IMG/VR virus record: IMGVR_UViG_3300044542_000402
Origin: an uncultured virus (IMG/VR IMGVR_UViG_3300044542_000402)
Lineage: Duplodnaviria; Heunggongvirae; Uroviricota; Caudoviricetes; Herelleviridae
Length of the DNA stretch: 64,000 nt
Strand: one strand, 5' to 3'
The translations under genes and the position numbers were made by a program. Within the stretch, counting starts at the first letter, position 1. Every line of letters begins with the position of its first letter. Positions 10,261-21,141 of this stretch are shown one piece after another. A model generated the notes under the pieces. It had not been told where the DNA came from and did not search any database. It saw only the letters and a program-made list of their open reading frames with translations.

Positions 10261-10767
10261 TCAGAACGGGGGCAGTCGTGGCGCGAAGACGTCGAGGATC
10301 TCGATCCCGGCACGGGAGGCCAGTGTGCGCGTGTGCATGGTCCCGTGCGAGTAGTGGCCGCCGATGCCGGTGGAGTTCCTCATCTGCTCCTGGTCCGCGT
10401 TCGGGCAGTCGGGCCTGTCGCACAGGTCGATGAACGTCGTGCACGCCACCCGCGCGCCGTCGTCGCGGGCGGCCGAGACCAGCTCCACCATCTCGCGGTT
10501 CCTCCGGATCCCGGCCCGACGCCCGTACTGCTGCCAGTCCGCCGGTACGCGCCGCACCTCCAGGCCGATCCCGGTCCACAGCCGTTCAGCCATGGCGTCC
10601 GCGCCGACGGGACAGCCCCCGCTCACCAGCAGTGGACGCGTCACCGTCAGCGGGTTCCATCTGTCCCACAGCCGGGCGAACGCCGTCCGCATCGACAGCT
10701 CGTCCGACCATGTTCTGGCACCGGTGACCAGGACGACATGGGAATAATTTACGAAATCATTCGTCAT
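10261..10767 (-). CDS. SLOG-family (YspA/DUF2493-like) protein
   Basis: VLVTGARTW, VSGGCPVGADAMA, ADWQQYGRRAGIRRNREMV, HGTMHT. Confidence 0.8.
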   Translation of the reverse strand: MTNDFVNYSHVVLVTGARTWSDELSMRTAFARLWDRWNPLTVTRPLLVSGGCPVGADAMAERLWTGIGLEVRRVPADWQQYGRRAGIRRNREMVELVSAARDDGARVACTTFIDLCDRPDCPNADQEQMRNSTGIGGHYSHGTMHTRTLASRAGIEILDVFAPRLPPF

Positions 10768-10768
10768 A

Positions 10769-11056
10769 TCATTTAGTTGCCATGTCATCGACGACCGTGA
10801 CCCGCAGCTTCGAGGCGTCGACCAGGGGCTCGATCCGCATCTCGTACGATCCGCCGGTGTCACGGATGACCCGCACGACGCACACCGTCGCACCTTCGTC
10901 GTCGTCGAAGTCGACCTTGCCGAAGTTCTCGGCCGGTGTGATGTCGCTCACAGGGGTCCCGGCCGGGATCCACGAGTGCGGCTCGCAGGCGACCCCGGTG
11001 TCATAGGGGGTCAGATCATCGGTGGTCACCGGATCGGTGCCGATGGGGTACGTCAT
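10769..11056 (-). CDS. Hypothetical protein
   Basis: 95-aa ORF with AAAGGA RBS, directly upstream of the SLOG gene. Confidence 0.6.
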   Translation of the reverse strand: MTYPIGTDPVTTDDLTPYDTGVACEPHSWIPAGTPVSDITPAENFGKVDFDDDEGATVCVVRVIRDTGGSYEMRIEPLVDASKLRVTVVDDMATK

Positions 11057-12279
11057 GACTGGATCCTTTCGTCGTCATCGGATCGGGGTGCGCCGGACGA
11101 TCCGGCGCATCGATGTCGTACCCGGGCCGGCGGCCGCCGGCCGGCCGATTCCGGTCCTGTCGATCGACCGGCCTCTGCGAGCAGCGCCTGCGCTGCGACG
11201 CACCCCGTCCACCAGGAGGGTGGGGGCATTGACCGAGACGACGCCCCGGTGGGGCGTCGTCGAAGGGATCACCAGGGCCGCTCGCGGCCCGTCCAGAACC
11301 CGCCGGCTGTGCCGGCTATCACCCGGGCGCAGCCCGTGCCGACGTAGTCGGTACCTCAGGGGGTGATATCAGGTTCTCTTATGCCCTTTCCGTTCCATGT
11401 CCCATCATCCACGTCCGGAGCGCCAGCGGAGGACTGGATCGCGGTGCCAGGGGCGTATTCGTCGTACGTACGAGAGTGCTGCGGGCCCAGTCATGGGCTG
11501 CACTCTCGTACGTACGTGTGCGTCGCCCCTGGTCACGCCCGATTGAGCAGTACACGTTTTTCGTACTGCGTGCTATCGCGGTACGCGGCCCCGTGACGGC
11601 CCCCGCAGGGGGCTTCTTCAGCCTGGTGCAACGGGTTCTGTTCCATGTGCCGCAGCCCCCGCCGACGCCGCCGTCAGGCGACCGTTCGTGATCGTGGGCG
11701 GGGGCGGTGGTCCCGAGCCGCGGCCGGGTTGCGGCCGGACCGTCCCTGACTGTGCCGTTTCACATGTGGGCGGTCCGGTGGCTGCCCGCGGCGAGGGGGA
11801 AAAGGTGTGCCCGCCCCCGAGCCGGGGGCGGGCTCCGATGCGTGTGGTGGCGATCCGGTCCTGTGCCGGTCGATGGCCCCGGTCGCTGGTGACGGGTCTG
11901 TTCTCGGCGGAGGCCGCGGTCGGTTGTTCCGGGAGGTTGTTGACCGCCGGCTCCGCCCGGTCGGTCGCCGATCGGTGGACCGGGTACCGGTCATCGGGGT
12001 CGGTTCGACCAGCTGCCGCCGGTGTCCGCGACGCCTGGTCGCGGGTCCTCATCGGCGGCGGCATCGGGGTGCCGGCGCGTGCCGTCGACCTGGTCGTCGT
12101 CCTCGTCGTGTCAGTGGATCGCCGGGTCCGAGCGGCGGTCGCAGGGGGTTGCCACCGCGTCCGAAGGTGGCTCTCATCTGGTCGCATCATGGCCGGGCGG
12201 TGGCCACTGCGGAGCCACTCGTGACCATATCGGGGCCACGAACAGTCCATATGAGGGGATTGCGGTTCTCCGGTGGCCT

Positions 12280-12975
12280 GTGTGGTCGGTTCGTGGTCTG
12301 TCTGTGGTCTCTCGCCGGCCAGCTGGAGACTACGCCCATGGAGATTCGCTGCCTGGTGGTCCTCAGCTGGCCGTTCTGTGGCCTGAAGGAGACCATCGCG
12401 GAGACGCTGGCCTTGTCGTGGTCTCTTGATGGTCTCCCGGTGTCCGTTGCGGGACCAGTCGCAGACACGTGGTGGTCTCCTCCTGGTCCCGTGGTGGCTG
12501 TGAGGAGACCATGATGCGACCAGCGGTTGTCGGCCCGTGATCACCGGGGTGGACGATCTCTGGTCTTCAGCTGGTCCTCAGCTGGCCATCGGAGGGCCAC
12601 GGCTGTCATCCCGGTGCGGCCGTCGACGGCGATCGTGGCCCGCGATCGGCTCCCTGATGGCCATCGCGGGACCACATCGTGCTCGGGCTGTCGTTCGTGG
12701 TGGTCGTTCTCCGGTCTCAAGGTGGCCGTTCCGGGACCAGTGCCGGCCGTGATCTCTGCCGATCATCGGCCTCGTGGTGGTCTCCGCCGGGTCACCTCCT
12801 GTCCATCGGGCGACCACTCGTCTGGTGGGGTCGTCGATGAACACGGTTCCTACTTGCTCTCCCCTGGTCTCCGGCTGTCCATCACGAGGCCACCCGCATT
12901 CGGATCATGATGTCCGGCTGGTCTCTTCGTGGTCTCATCGTGGATTGACAGAGACCATCAGGAGACCATAGAATG
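12280..12975. repeat. parC-like centromere/operator field of TGGTCTC/GAGACCA repeats
   Basis: Many exact or near copies of TGGTCTC/GAGACCA in both orientations upstream of an RHH + ParM-type operon. Confidence 0.6.
12945..12974 (+). promoter_or_regulatory. Sigma70-type promoter of the partition operon
   Basis: TTGACA-18 nt-TAGAAT; the spacer holds two GAGACCA repeats. Confidence 0.7.
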
Positions 12976-13011
12976 ATGTCATGCAGATGATCATTCACAC
13001 CGCATCCGGGG

Positions 13012-13497
13012 ATGACGGCCATGGTGTCGGGTGATACCGGGCTGCGGCGGGTCCGCTTCTCCGTCCCGCCGGCCGATGTCTCGGTGGGATCCTGGCTCGA
13101 CGCCCAGTACTCCATCTCGGAGTCGCTGCGTGCCCTCATCCGGGATGCCATCCGCCGCGACGGCATCGTCGACGTCATCAACCGGCCGGTGCGCCAGGAG
13201 CCCCGTCGCGGCCGTCCGCCACGGACCGGGGACGAGCCGGCCGACCCGGTGATCGAGTCCGCGGCCGAGGATGCGGAACCCGTCGTCGAGCCGGCGGCCC
13301 CGTCCGCGCCCGCCGTCGAGTCCGGGTCCGCACCGACTCCGGCTCCGGCACCCGCACCGGCATCCCCGCCGTCGCCACCGGCTTCTGAACCGTCCGACGA
13401 GTCGATCCTCGACGAGGACGGACAGGTCGATATCAATGTCCTGATGGCCGGTGCCTACGGCCGGAATACGCGGTCGGCATCCGGTACCGCCGGATAA
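13012..13497 (+). CDS. Putative ParR-like ribbon-helix-helix adaptor protein
   Basis: RRVRFSVP...SISESLRALIRDAIRRDG followed by a Pro/Ala-rich linker; first gene upstream of the actin-like ATPase. Confidence 0.55.
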   Translation: MTAMVSGDTGLRRVRFSVPPADVSVGSWLDAQYSISESLRALIRDAIRRDGIVDVINRPVRQEPRRGRPPRTGDEPADPVIESAAEDAEPVVEPAAPSAPAVESGSAPTPAPAPAPASPPSPPASEPSDESILDEDGQVDINVLMAGAYGRNTRSASGTAG

Positions 13498-13583
13498 CGA
13501 TCCATAATGGTCATTCCCCGACCATTCCCATTCCCTGATCGCATCAACGTTCCCATCACCTGTTTCGAGAGGACTTATCACTC

Positions 13584-14888
13584 ATGAGCGACGACACCAT
13601 TCACCTGGTGGCCGGAATCGACGTCGGCAACGGCTATGTCAAGGGTCTCATCACCAATACCGGAACCGGCGTCACCGACGAGATCGACATGCCCAGCGCC
13701 GCCACCAGCCAGTCCGGTTCCACGCCGCGGGTCCCCGAGCCCGACGCCTCGGCCGCCGATCTGCTGGGTCCCGGCTCCGACGTCGACTTCTACAACCGGC
13801 TGGACGCTTCGATCGATTCGCCGCTGGTGGCCCGGGCCGATCGCAAGATCTTCGGGCGGGCCTCGCTGAGCGTCCGGGGCTCGGGCTTCTCCGAGTTCGA
13901 GGTGATGGGCCCTCACTCCAAGGCCGAGCAGGAGCTGTCGAAGGTGCTCGTACTGGGGACCCTGGCTGCCAAGGTGCTGCGCGACCATGTCGCGGCCACC
14001 GGCGAGCTGCCCTCGGGCGAGCTCGCCGCCGACGTCCATATCGGCCTGGCGCTGCCCATCGCCGAGTTCGTGGCCAAGCGCCACTCCTACGCCGCCGCCT
14101 TCACCGGGACCCCGGCTGATCCGGTGACCCATCTTGTGACGATCAAGAATTTCTCCACCCCGGTGCGGGTGCGGCTGTCCTTTATCGGGGTCCAGGTGAT
14201 GGCCGAGGGCGCATCGGCCCAGTTCGCCATCACCGATCTCGGTGAGCCGCTGGCCGCCGGCCTGCTGGCGGACCTGAGGTCGCGGGAATCCGATGCGCTG
14301 CCGGGGGTCTCCCCCGCCGACCTGGTGGCGGTGCGCAACACGATCGGGGTCGATGTCGGCGAAGGGACTGTCAACCTTCCCACCTTCACCGACGGCCGGT
14401 TCAACGCCGAGGCCTCGGCCACGCTCGGCCAGGGCTACGGCACCGCGCTCACCAACGCCATGGCGCGGATGGAGACCGCCGATCCGCCGCTGCAGTTCGC
14501 CAGCCGCAAGCAGCTGGCCGCCTTCCTCACCGCCGTCCCCAGCGCCCTGCAGCGCGGCCGTCATGACCGGGCCTCCGGGTTCGTGACCACCGAGGCGGGC
14601 TATCTCGTCGAGGAGATCGTCTCCTCGTTCACCGACGTGCTCTCCCAGGCCGGGGCCACCACCGAGGCCGTCTACGTCTACGGTGGGGGTGCCGGTCCGA
14701 TCAAGGACCAGCTGTACCCGGCGCTGTTGGGTGCCGCCGGTGACATCCCGGTGCTCTACCTGGACTCGGCCTACTCGCGCAACCTCAACCGGCAGGGCCT
14801 GTTCCTGGCGGCCCGGGCCGTTGCGGCCGCCACGGGCGCGCCCACCCCGATCCGCACCGCCAAGAACAAGAAGCACTCGGCGGCCTGA
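13584..14888 (+). CDS. ParM/StbA-family actin-like segregation ATPase
   Basis: GIDVGNGYVK, VMAEG, GVDVGEGT, VYGGGA actin-fold motifs. Confidence 0.85.
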   Translation: MSDDTIHLVAGIDVGNGYVKGLITNTGTGVTDEIDMPSAATSQSGSTPRVPEPDASAADLLGPGSDVDFYNRLDASIDSPLVARADRKIFGRASLSVRGSGFSEFEVMGPHSKAEQELSKVLVLGTLAAKVLRDHVAATGELPSGELAADVHIGLALPIAEFVAKRHSYAAAFTGTPADPVTHLVTIKNFSTPVRVRLSFIGVQVMAEGASAQFAITDLGEPLAAGLLADLRSRESDALPGVSPADLVAVRNTIGVDVGEGTVNLPTFTDGRFNAEASATLGQGYGTALTNAMARMETADPPLQFASRKQLAAFLTAVPSALQRGRHDRASGFVTTEAGYLVEEIVSSFTDVLSQAGATTEAVYVYGGGAGPIKDQLYPALLGAAGDIPVLYLDSAYSRNLNRQGLFLAARAVAAATGAPTPIRTAKNKKHSAA

Positions 14889-16931
14889 TGCCCGGCCCCC
14901 AGTCCCATACCCCCGCCCCGGTCCCGGTGATCGGGGTGGGGCCCTGCCCCGATGATCCGCGCCTGACGGTCATCACGCTGGGCACCGACCCGCCGATCCG
15001 CCTGGTCACCGCCCGGTCCCGCGACGAGATGCTGGCCTCGGTGGCCACCCCCGCCGAGCGCGCCGAACTCGCGGCGGCCTGGAGGCGGTCGTGAACGCCG
15101 ACCGGTTGTGGGCCGCACTGACCGGTGACAACAGGCCCGATCCGCGTCCGGCCACCGTGCTGCGCGGCCCGGTCCCGGACCGGCCCACCGTGCCCCCGGC
15201 CACCGACGACTTCGCACCCGAGCCGGCCGCGCTCAACGCCCGCTCCGAACTGGTGGAGCGGCTCTATGCCTACTTCGGCATCGATCCGGTGCTCCGTCCG
15301 CAGGTCGATGCGACGGGCCGGCGGGTCCTCGACGAGAACGGTCACCATATTTACGTCCCCGAGCGCACCGAGCAGGTCCGGCTGGACCTGCTCACCGACG
15401 CCCTCGTCGACGCGTTCACCCGCTCCGCCGAACTCTCCCGGATCGCCGGGCGGCTACGTGCGATGGTCCGTCAGGATCGCGACCGTGCCGCCGCGCTGGC
15501 CGCCATCGCCGAGGACGGGGCCCGCGACGCCGCCAGGGCCGCCGTCATGTCCGACCGGGGCATGGTCTACGACGCCGGTGGTCTCGACGAGCTCGAGGGC
15601 GTTCTGGAGCGTCCGAACCTTCGCCGGCACCGTCGTGCCCGTCACCGTACTTCCACCGACATCGACACCGAGGAGTTCTCATGACCTCATCGTCCGTATC
15701 CTCCGTCGCCGGCCGCGACCCCCGTGTCGTCTTCGCACGCCACGGCGCTGGCGAGGGATCCAATGAGTTCCAGCGCGAGCGCAATCTCCGGCTCGCGGTC
15801 TGTGACTGGTTCGCCATCACGCCGGGACGGATCCAGATCCATACCGCCGACGGCGAGCCCAGGTATGCCCGTGATGGCCATCCGGTCACCCGTTCCGACG
15901 GTGGCCGTCAGGAGGCCCGCCAGTTGGCCGATCGGCTCCTGGCCACGATCGAGGCCGCCGGGCAGCGCGATCGTCTCCGGGCCGAGCGCGACGAGTTGGC
16001 CGCCCGGCTGGAGGTGTATGCCGAGGCCGCCGACGCGACTCGCGTCCGGATCGCCGACATCGTCGATCTGGCGGCCGCCATTGTCACCGGCGATGTTCCG
16101 GTCACTCTCGATATTGATTCCGAGGACCCCTGCTGTCCGGATGTGCTTCAGGCGGAGGTCGAGCGCCGGGCCCGACCTCATGCCGGCCGGTTCACCCGCC
16201 TGCGGGCCCGCCGCGCTGCCCGGCGGAGGTTCGTGGCATGAGTACGAACACGGGTCTTACCCGCCGGGTGAGCCTGTCGGAGGGCCTGGTCATCGTCGGC
16301 GTCGCCCTTCTCGGCGCACTGGTGTTCCGGGCGCTGACCGGCAGCACACTCTGGGCGCTGGTCACTGCACTCGTCGCGGTGATCGCGGTGTTCGTCGAGC
16401 AGGACATCGCCGCCCGGCGGTCTCAGAAGAAGCAGAAGAAGCAACAGCAACAGAAGGAGTTGGATCATGACGCTGATTGATGAGCGGACGGACACGGAGC
16501 AGATCCGTAGGGCGATCACCTGTCTTGCCGATGCCGCCCAGGCGGCGTACGACGAGGACTACAGGACCGCTGTCCTCGTGGTGGACAGTTTCGCCGATCA
16601 GGTGTTCCCGCAGTTCGATGACGACGGTGATCCGCTGTGGTCGAGCGCGGCCCGGCTCCGGCTGACGAGCCTGGCGTGCCTGGCCCTGATCGTCCTGCCG
16701 CCGCATGTCACGATCGCCTCGCTCGTCGAACTGCGGAGCGGACACGTCGACACCGTCGATCTGTGCATCGGGATGCTGCATCTCGGTCCCGACGTCCAGG
16801 TGCTGCGCGACCGGATGCTCGCCGCCGACGATGCTTTTCAGGCCCTGTGCGGCACCCGGAAGATGCTCGATGCGATCGATGCCATGGTCGATGAACGTCT
16901 GGCGGCGCTGGATTCCCTCGCACGCGCCTGA
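14888..16931 (+). CDS. Five translationally coupled hypothetical genes (14888-15094, 15091-15684, 15681-16241, 16238-16480 membrane, 16467-16931)
   Basis: Overlapping start/stop codons continuing the partition operon; no recognisable motifs. Confidence 0.55.
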
Positions 16932-17043
16932 CGCCGGTCTTCGACAAAGCACCAGCCCCGCAGCACATGTGCTGCGGGGCTGGTGTCGATCCTGGTAAAG
17001 TACGGGTAGTTGATAGTTTCGCTAATCGATAGGAGTGTCGCGG

Positions 17044-18888
17044 ATGGCTCACGCCCGTCCCGCATCGGGGATCAATGATCTGGCCACCGTGCGTCCTGAT
17101 CTCGCGGCCCAGTGGCATCCCATCCTCAACGGTGATCTCACCCCGGCCGATGTGCGGTTCTCCAGCAACAGGCCCGTCTGGTGGCTCTGCCCCGATCATC
17201 GGGACCATGCGTGGCGCTCCTCCCCCAACTCGAGGTCCCGAGGCACCCGGGTCACCGCCTCGCACTCCGGGTGCCCGTACTGCGGCAATCGTGTCCTTCT
17301 CCCCGGTTTCAACGACCTGGCCACGGTCCACCCCGACCTCGCTGCTCAGTGGCATCCGGTTCTCAACGGCGATCTCACTCCTCACGACGTGTTCGCGAAC
17401 CGGAACGCGTCGGTGTGGTGGGCCTGCTCCGATCATCCTGATCACGTGTTCCGGGCCTCGCCCGCCAACCGGGCGAGGCAGCACAGTGGCTGCACGGTCT
17501 GCTCGGGCCGGACCGTTCTGGCCGGCGTCAACGACCTGGCCACCGTGCGACCCGATATCGCGGCCCAGTGGCATCCGACCCGTAACGGCGATCTCGCGCC
17601 CACCGATGTCGTGCGCACCTCTCACAGGACGGTGTGGTGGGCCTGCCCCGATCATCCCGATCACGCCTGGCGCATGTCAGTGGCCAAGCGCACGACCCGC
17701 GACCAGGGCTGCCCGATCTGCTCGGGCCGCCAGGTGCTCGCGGGCTTCAACGACATGGCCACGATTCGTCCCGATCGGGCCCGCCTGTGGCATCCGACGC
17801 GCAACGGGGACCTCACCCCTGCCGATGTCACCGCCGGCACCGATCTGCGGCTGTGGTGGCGCTGCCCCGACTGCGGGCGGGAGTGGCAGGCGCACGGGTA
17901 CGCGGTGGGTCCGTGCCCCGGATGCCAGCAGTTCTCCAGCCTTCCGGAGGGCGAACTGGCCGATGTGGTGGTGGCTCTGCTGCCCGGCGAGACCGTGTTG
18001 CGTAATGTGCGTTCGATCCTGCCTGACGGGCGGATGGAGCTGGACATCTGGCTGCCGGGTCGCCGCGTCGCCATCGAGTTCAACGGGGTCTACTGGCACA
18101 GTGAGCCCATGGGCCACGACGCCGCGGCGCACCGGGCCAAGCTCACCGCGTGCAATGCGGCCGGCATCAGGCTGATCACGGTGTGGAGCGATGACTTCCA
18201 GGACCGTCGTGACGTCGTCATCCGGTCCCTGGCTCACAAGCTCGGAGTCGTGCACCGTCTGCCCGAGGTACTGGGGGACGGTGCGCCGGCCCATGTCGCC
18301 GACCGGGTCTTCGCACGCTGTCTCGTCCCGGCCCCGATCACGGTCGCGGCGGCGAACCGGTTCTTCGCCGCCAATCACATCCAGGGCCCGACGTCGTTGA
18401 CCCGGGCGTTCGCGCTGCTCGACGATGACGGCGCTCCTCGTGCCGTCCTGGGGCTGCGCGCCCCACGCGCCGGCGCGCGCACTCATCGCGGGCCCGGCGA
18501 GTGGGAGATCGTCCGCTACGCCACGCTGGGCCTGGTGCCCGGCGGCTTCACCCGGCTGGTCGCCCACGCCGAGCGGGTCCTGCGGTCGGAGGGTATCGCA
18601 CTGCGCCGGTGGATCTCCTTCGCGGCCGCCGAGATGAGCGACGGGGGTCTCTACGCGCGCGCCGGGTTCGCCCCCGTCGCCGAGCTGCCGCCGGACTACT
18701 GGTACGCCGGCTCGGCGACCGGCTGGCATCGCATGGCCAAGGAGGGCTATCAGCGTCGCCGGTTCCGCGACGATCCGTCGCTGGACTACGTCGAGGGCCT
18801 CAGCGAGCGCGAGCTCGCCGAGCTCAATCATCTGGTGCGCGTCTGGGACCTGGGTAAGACGCGCTACGTCAAGGACGTCGCCTGCTGA
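17044..18888 (+). CDS. Repeated zinc-ribbon protein with PD-(D/E)XK nuclease-like domain and GNAT-like C-terminus (Hef-like homing endonuclease type)
   Basis: Four NDLATVRPDLAAQWHP...VWWxC..H.W...GCPxC repeats; ELDIWLP...VAIEFNGVYWHS; C-terminal NHIQG/WEIVRYA/LYARAGF/PPDYWY/RVWDLG. Confidence 0.75.
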   Translation: MAHARPASGINDLATVRPDLAAQWHPILNGDLTPADVRFSSNRPVWWLCPDHRDHAWRSSPNSRSRGTRVTASHSGCPYCGNRVLLPGFNDLATVHPDLAAQWHPVLNGDLTPHDVFANRNASVWWACSDHPDHVFRASPANRARQHSGCTVCSGRTVLAGVNDLATVRPDIAAQWHPTRNGDLAPTDVVRTSHRTVWWACPDHPDHAWRMSVAKRTTRDQGCPICSGRQVLAGFNDMATIRPDRARLWHPTRNGDLTPADVTAGTDLRLWWRCPDCGREWQAHGYAVGPCPGCQQFSSLPEGELADVVVALLPGETVLRNVRSILPDGRMELDIWLPGRRVAIEFNGVYWHSEPMGHDAAAHRAKLTACNAAGIRLITVWSDDFQDRRDVVIRSLAHKLGVVHRLPEVLGDGAPAHVADRVFARCLVPAPITVAAANRFFAANHIQGPTSLTRAFALLDDDGAPRAVLGLRAPRAGARTHRGPGEWEIVRYATLGLVPGGFTRLVAHAERVLRSEGIALRRWISFAAAEMSDGGLYARAGFAPVAELPPDYWYAGSATGWHRMAKEGYQRRRFRDDPSLDYVEGLSERELAELNHLVRVWDLGKTRYVKDVAC

Positions 18889-18952
18889 CGTCGCCAGAAA
18901 CAAGCAACCGCCCCGCAGCACTATGCTGCGGGGCGGTTGTCATCATCAGTCA

Positions 18953-19171
18953 TCAAGCCCCTGGTCCGTCGTCACTCCGGTGGGCTTCGACGGCGAGGCG
19001 GTAGGCCCGTGCCAGGGCCTGCTGATAGACGGGGTAGGTCCGGTCCTCGGGGATGTACTCCCCGTTCTCGCCCTGGGCCTCGACCTCGTAGCGCCCCTCG
19101 ATCTGGCGGACCCTCGCCGCCGCCGGGGTGTCGGCGTGCACCATGACGCGCTGCTGCTTCTGCTTCTTCAA
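18953..19171 (-). CDS. Hypothetical protein
   Basis: 72-aa ORF with GAGGAGA RBS. Confidence 0.5.
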   Translation of the reverse strand: MKKQKQQRVMVHADTPAAARVRQIEGRYEVEAQGENGEYIPEDRTYPVYQQALARAYRLAVEAHRSDDGPGA

Positions 19172-19591
19172 TGTTCTCCTCTGTGTACCAAGGTGTGCCT
19201 GCCGCGGATCATTCGTGGCGGATGCCGGTCCGCTCGATCCGGATCGATGATCCTGCTACGATTCGGATGTCTGTTCCCGTGCCGATATGAATGTCATCGC
19301 CGTGTCCGTTCCTTCCAGCATCATTCCTACCCGTCCCCGGGCCCTGCCCTACTCCCGGCACCCTCGCGCCCGCCGGGTCGCCAGGCGTCTGGCCGGCCTG
19401 CTCCTGAGCGCGATCTGGTCGACGGTGCTGCTGACGACCGGCGTTCTCGTCGCAATCGTCACTGTCGTCTCGCTCATCGTGGCCGCCTGGGTCTATATCC
19501 GGTAGGTGGGCGGGAGAGAGTGAGACCCCGCCCCGCAGCGGCGGGACGGGGTGCGTGCCGGACTCGGGTGCCGACGATTCTCGCGTGGGCC

Positions 19592-20563
19592 TCACACGGT
19601 GGTGGACAGGACGTCGAACCACGCGAGGAACAGTTCGGCGGCCTGACGCGACATCCGGTCCAGATCGCTCTCGCCGAATACGACGGACGCCGGTCCGATC
19701 GCGCTGCCGATGTAGCCGTGGGCCAGCCATGGATCGTCGGGCATGAACGTCCTGACGATCGGCATTTTGCGACGGCCCAGCTCGCTGTTTCTGTTGCGAC
19801 CCGACGTTCTGCGCAGTTCGAAGCGAGTGGCCTCGTTCGCCAGCACCTCGTCGCGCAGGATGATCAGCGCCTTGATCCAGAAGGGCGGGTCCTCGGGGTT
19901 CTCGGGGAGGTCCGTCTCATTCTCGCCCATCACGCAGCCCACGTAGTACTCGAACAGCACCGGTTCACCCGGTGCAGGCGTACTGCGTCCGTATCGTTGA
20001 ACCTGGCCCATGAGCTGGTGCCCGTCGGGCAGGACCGGGCTGTGGATGACGATGCTCGGTGCGCCGCTGTCCCCGTCGCCGGGGTCGACCATCCAGTCCT
20101 GTGGCAGGAACGATTCCATACCGACCCGGCGCAGCGTCCGCCGCACTCTCATCTTGGTCATCGGCAGGGTTTTGATGTCGCTGATCAGCAGTCGGGGTTC
20201 GGTGAACCGGTCCAACAGTTCGGACCAGGTGAGCACGGCGGCGACCTCGTCCTCGTGACCGCGGGCGTCCAGCGTTGAGTCGACCAGCAGGACGAGCCGG
20301 TCGACGACTCCGGCCTCCTGTTTCAGCTGGTGATCGGTCACCTCGTGGTCGACCTTGGCCTCGATGCCGACGGTGACGCCGGCGTAGGTGACGATGATGT
20401 CGGTGCGCTCGGCCCCCTCGCACTCGACGTCGGACAGCCTGAGATCGGTTCCGGCGAGATCGGGGATCTTCTCGATGAGGATCCGGGCCAGGGCGTCGGG
20501 ATCGTGGCGGATCTCGGCGGCCAGGGCCCGGGTGAGCATCGGCTCGGTGGTGAACAGGGACAT
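19592..20563 (-). CDS. PD-(D/E)XK nuclease-like protein
   Basis: ERTDIIV...GIEAKVD...QL motif; AAGGAG RBS. Confidence 0.6.
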   Translation of the reverse strand: MSLFTTEPMLTRALAAEIRHDPDALARILIEKIPDLAGTDLRLSDVECEGAERTDIIVTYAGVTVGIEAKVDHEVTDHQLKQEAGVVDRLVLLVDSTLDARGHEDEVAAVLTWSELLDRFTEPRLLISDIKTLPMTKMRVRRTLRRVGMESFLPQDWMVDPGDGDSGAPSIVIHSPVLPDGHQLMGQVQRYGRSTPAPGEPVLFEYYVGCVMGENETDLPENPEDPPFWIKALIILRDEVLANEATRFELRRTSGRNRNSELGRRKMPIVRTFMPDDPWLAHGYIGSAIGPASVVFGESDLDRMSRQAAELFLAWFDVLSTTV

Positions 20564-20715
20564 GTTGAGTGCTCCTTGTCGATGGTGCGGTGCGGCTCGT
20601 GGTTCAGGTGTGCGGACCGGTTCCAGGGCGTCGCTTCACAGATCTGTACCAAATGAGGTGACGGTGGAGGAACACGCACCCCGCGACGCGAGTCGCGGGG
20701 TGCGTACCGGCTGGT

Positions 20716-20979
20716 TCAGCGGTCGCGGTCGGTGACGGGCACGAGTCGCGGCTCCGGTCCGGTGAGATCGAGGATCTCCCGGCCGGCGTCGGCGCGCATG
20801 CGCTCCAGGTCGGCCAGAAGCTCCTGGCGGGACTCGCCGGAGGGGGCGACGGGCCCGGCGGTGTAGCCGAACTCGCCGTCCTCGGTGGGATAGAGCTCGC
20901 GGATCTGGAACAGCGTCTCACTGTCGACGCACGATCGGCTGACGACGTATCTCCAGGTGTGCGACGGGCCGGTGTCCAT
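20716..20979 (-). CDS. Hypothetical protein (phage-like)
   Basis: 87-aa ORF with AGGAG RBS. Confidence 0.6.
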   Translation of the reverse strand: MDTGPSHTWRYVVSRSCVDSETLFQIRELYPTEDGEFGYTAGPVAPSGESRQELLADLERMRADAGREILDLTGPEPRLVPVTDRDR

Positions 20980-21141
20980 GATGGTCTCCTTGTCTCGATG
21001 TCATTGTTCGCCCCGGAGCAGGCGTTGCCTGCTGTGTACGGAGAAGACACCAGAATCCCGCAGCGCATGCTGCGGGATGCTGGGATTCTGGATATGATGA
21101 TGATCGTTATCCATATCGTCGTGTGGAACGGACCATCAGTC

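Noticed and set aside
11618..12544. 308-aa minus-strand ORF and overlapping ORFs in 11.1-12.9 kb
   Set aside because: Low-complexity Arg/Pro/Thr translations without RBS or motifs; better explained as non-coding repeat DNA.
12180..12975. Repeat field as a CRISPR array
   Set aside because: Repeats are about 7 bp, in both orientations, irregularly spaced, and no cas genes are present.
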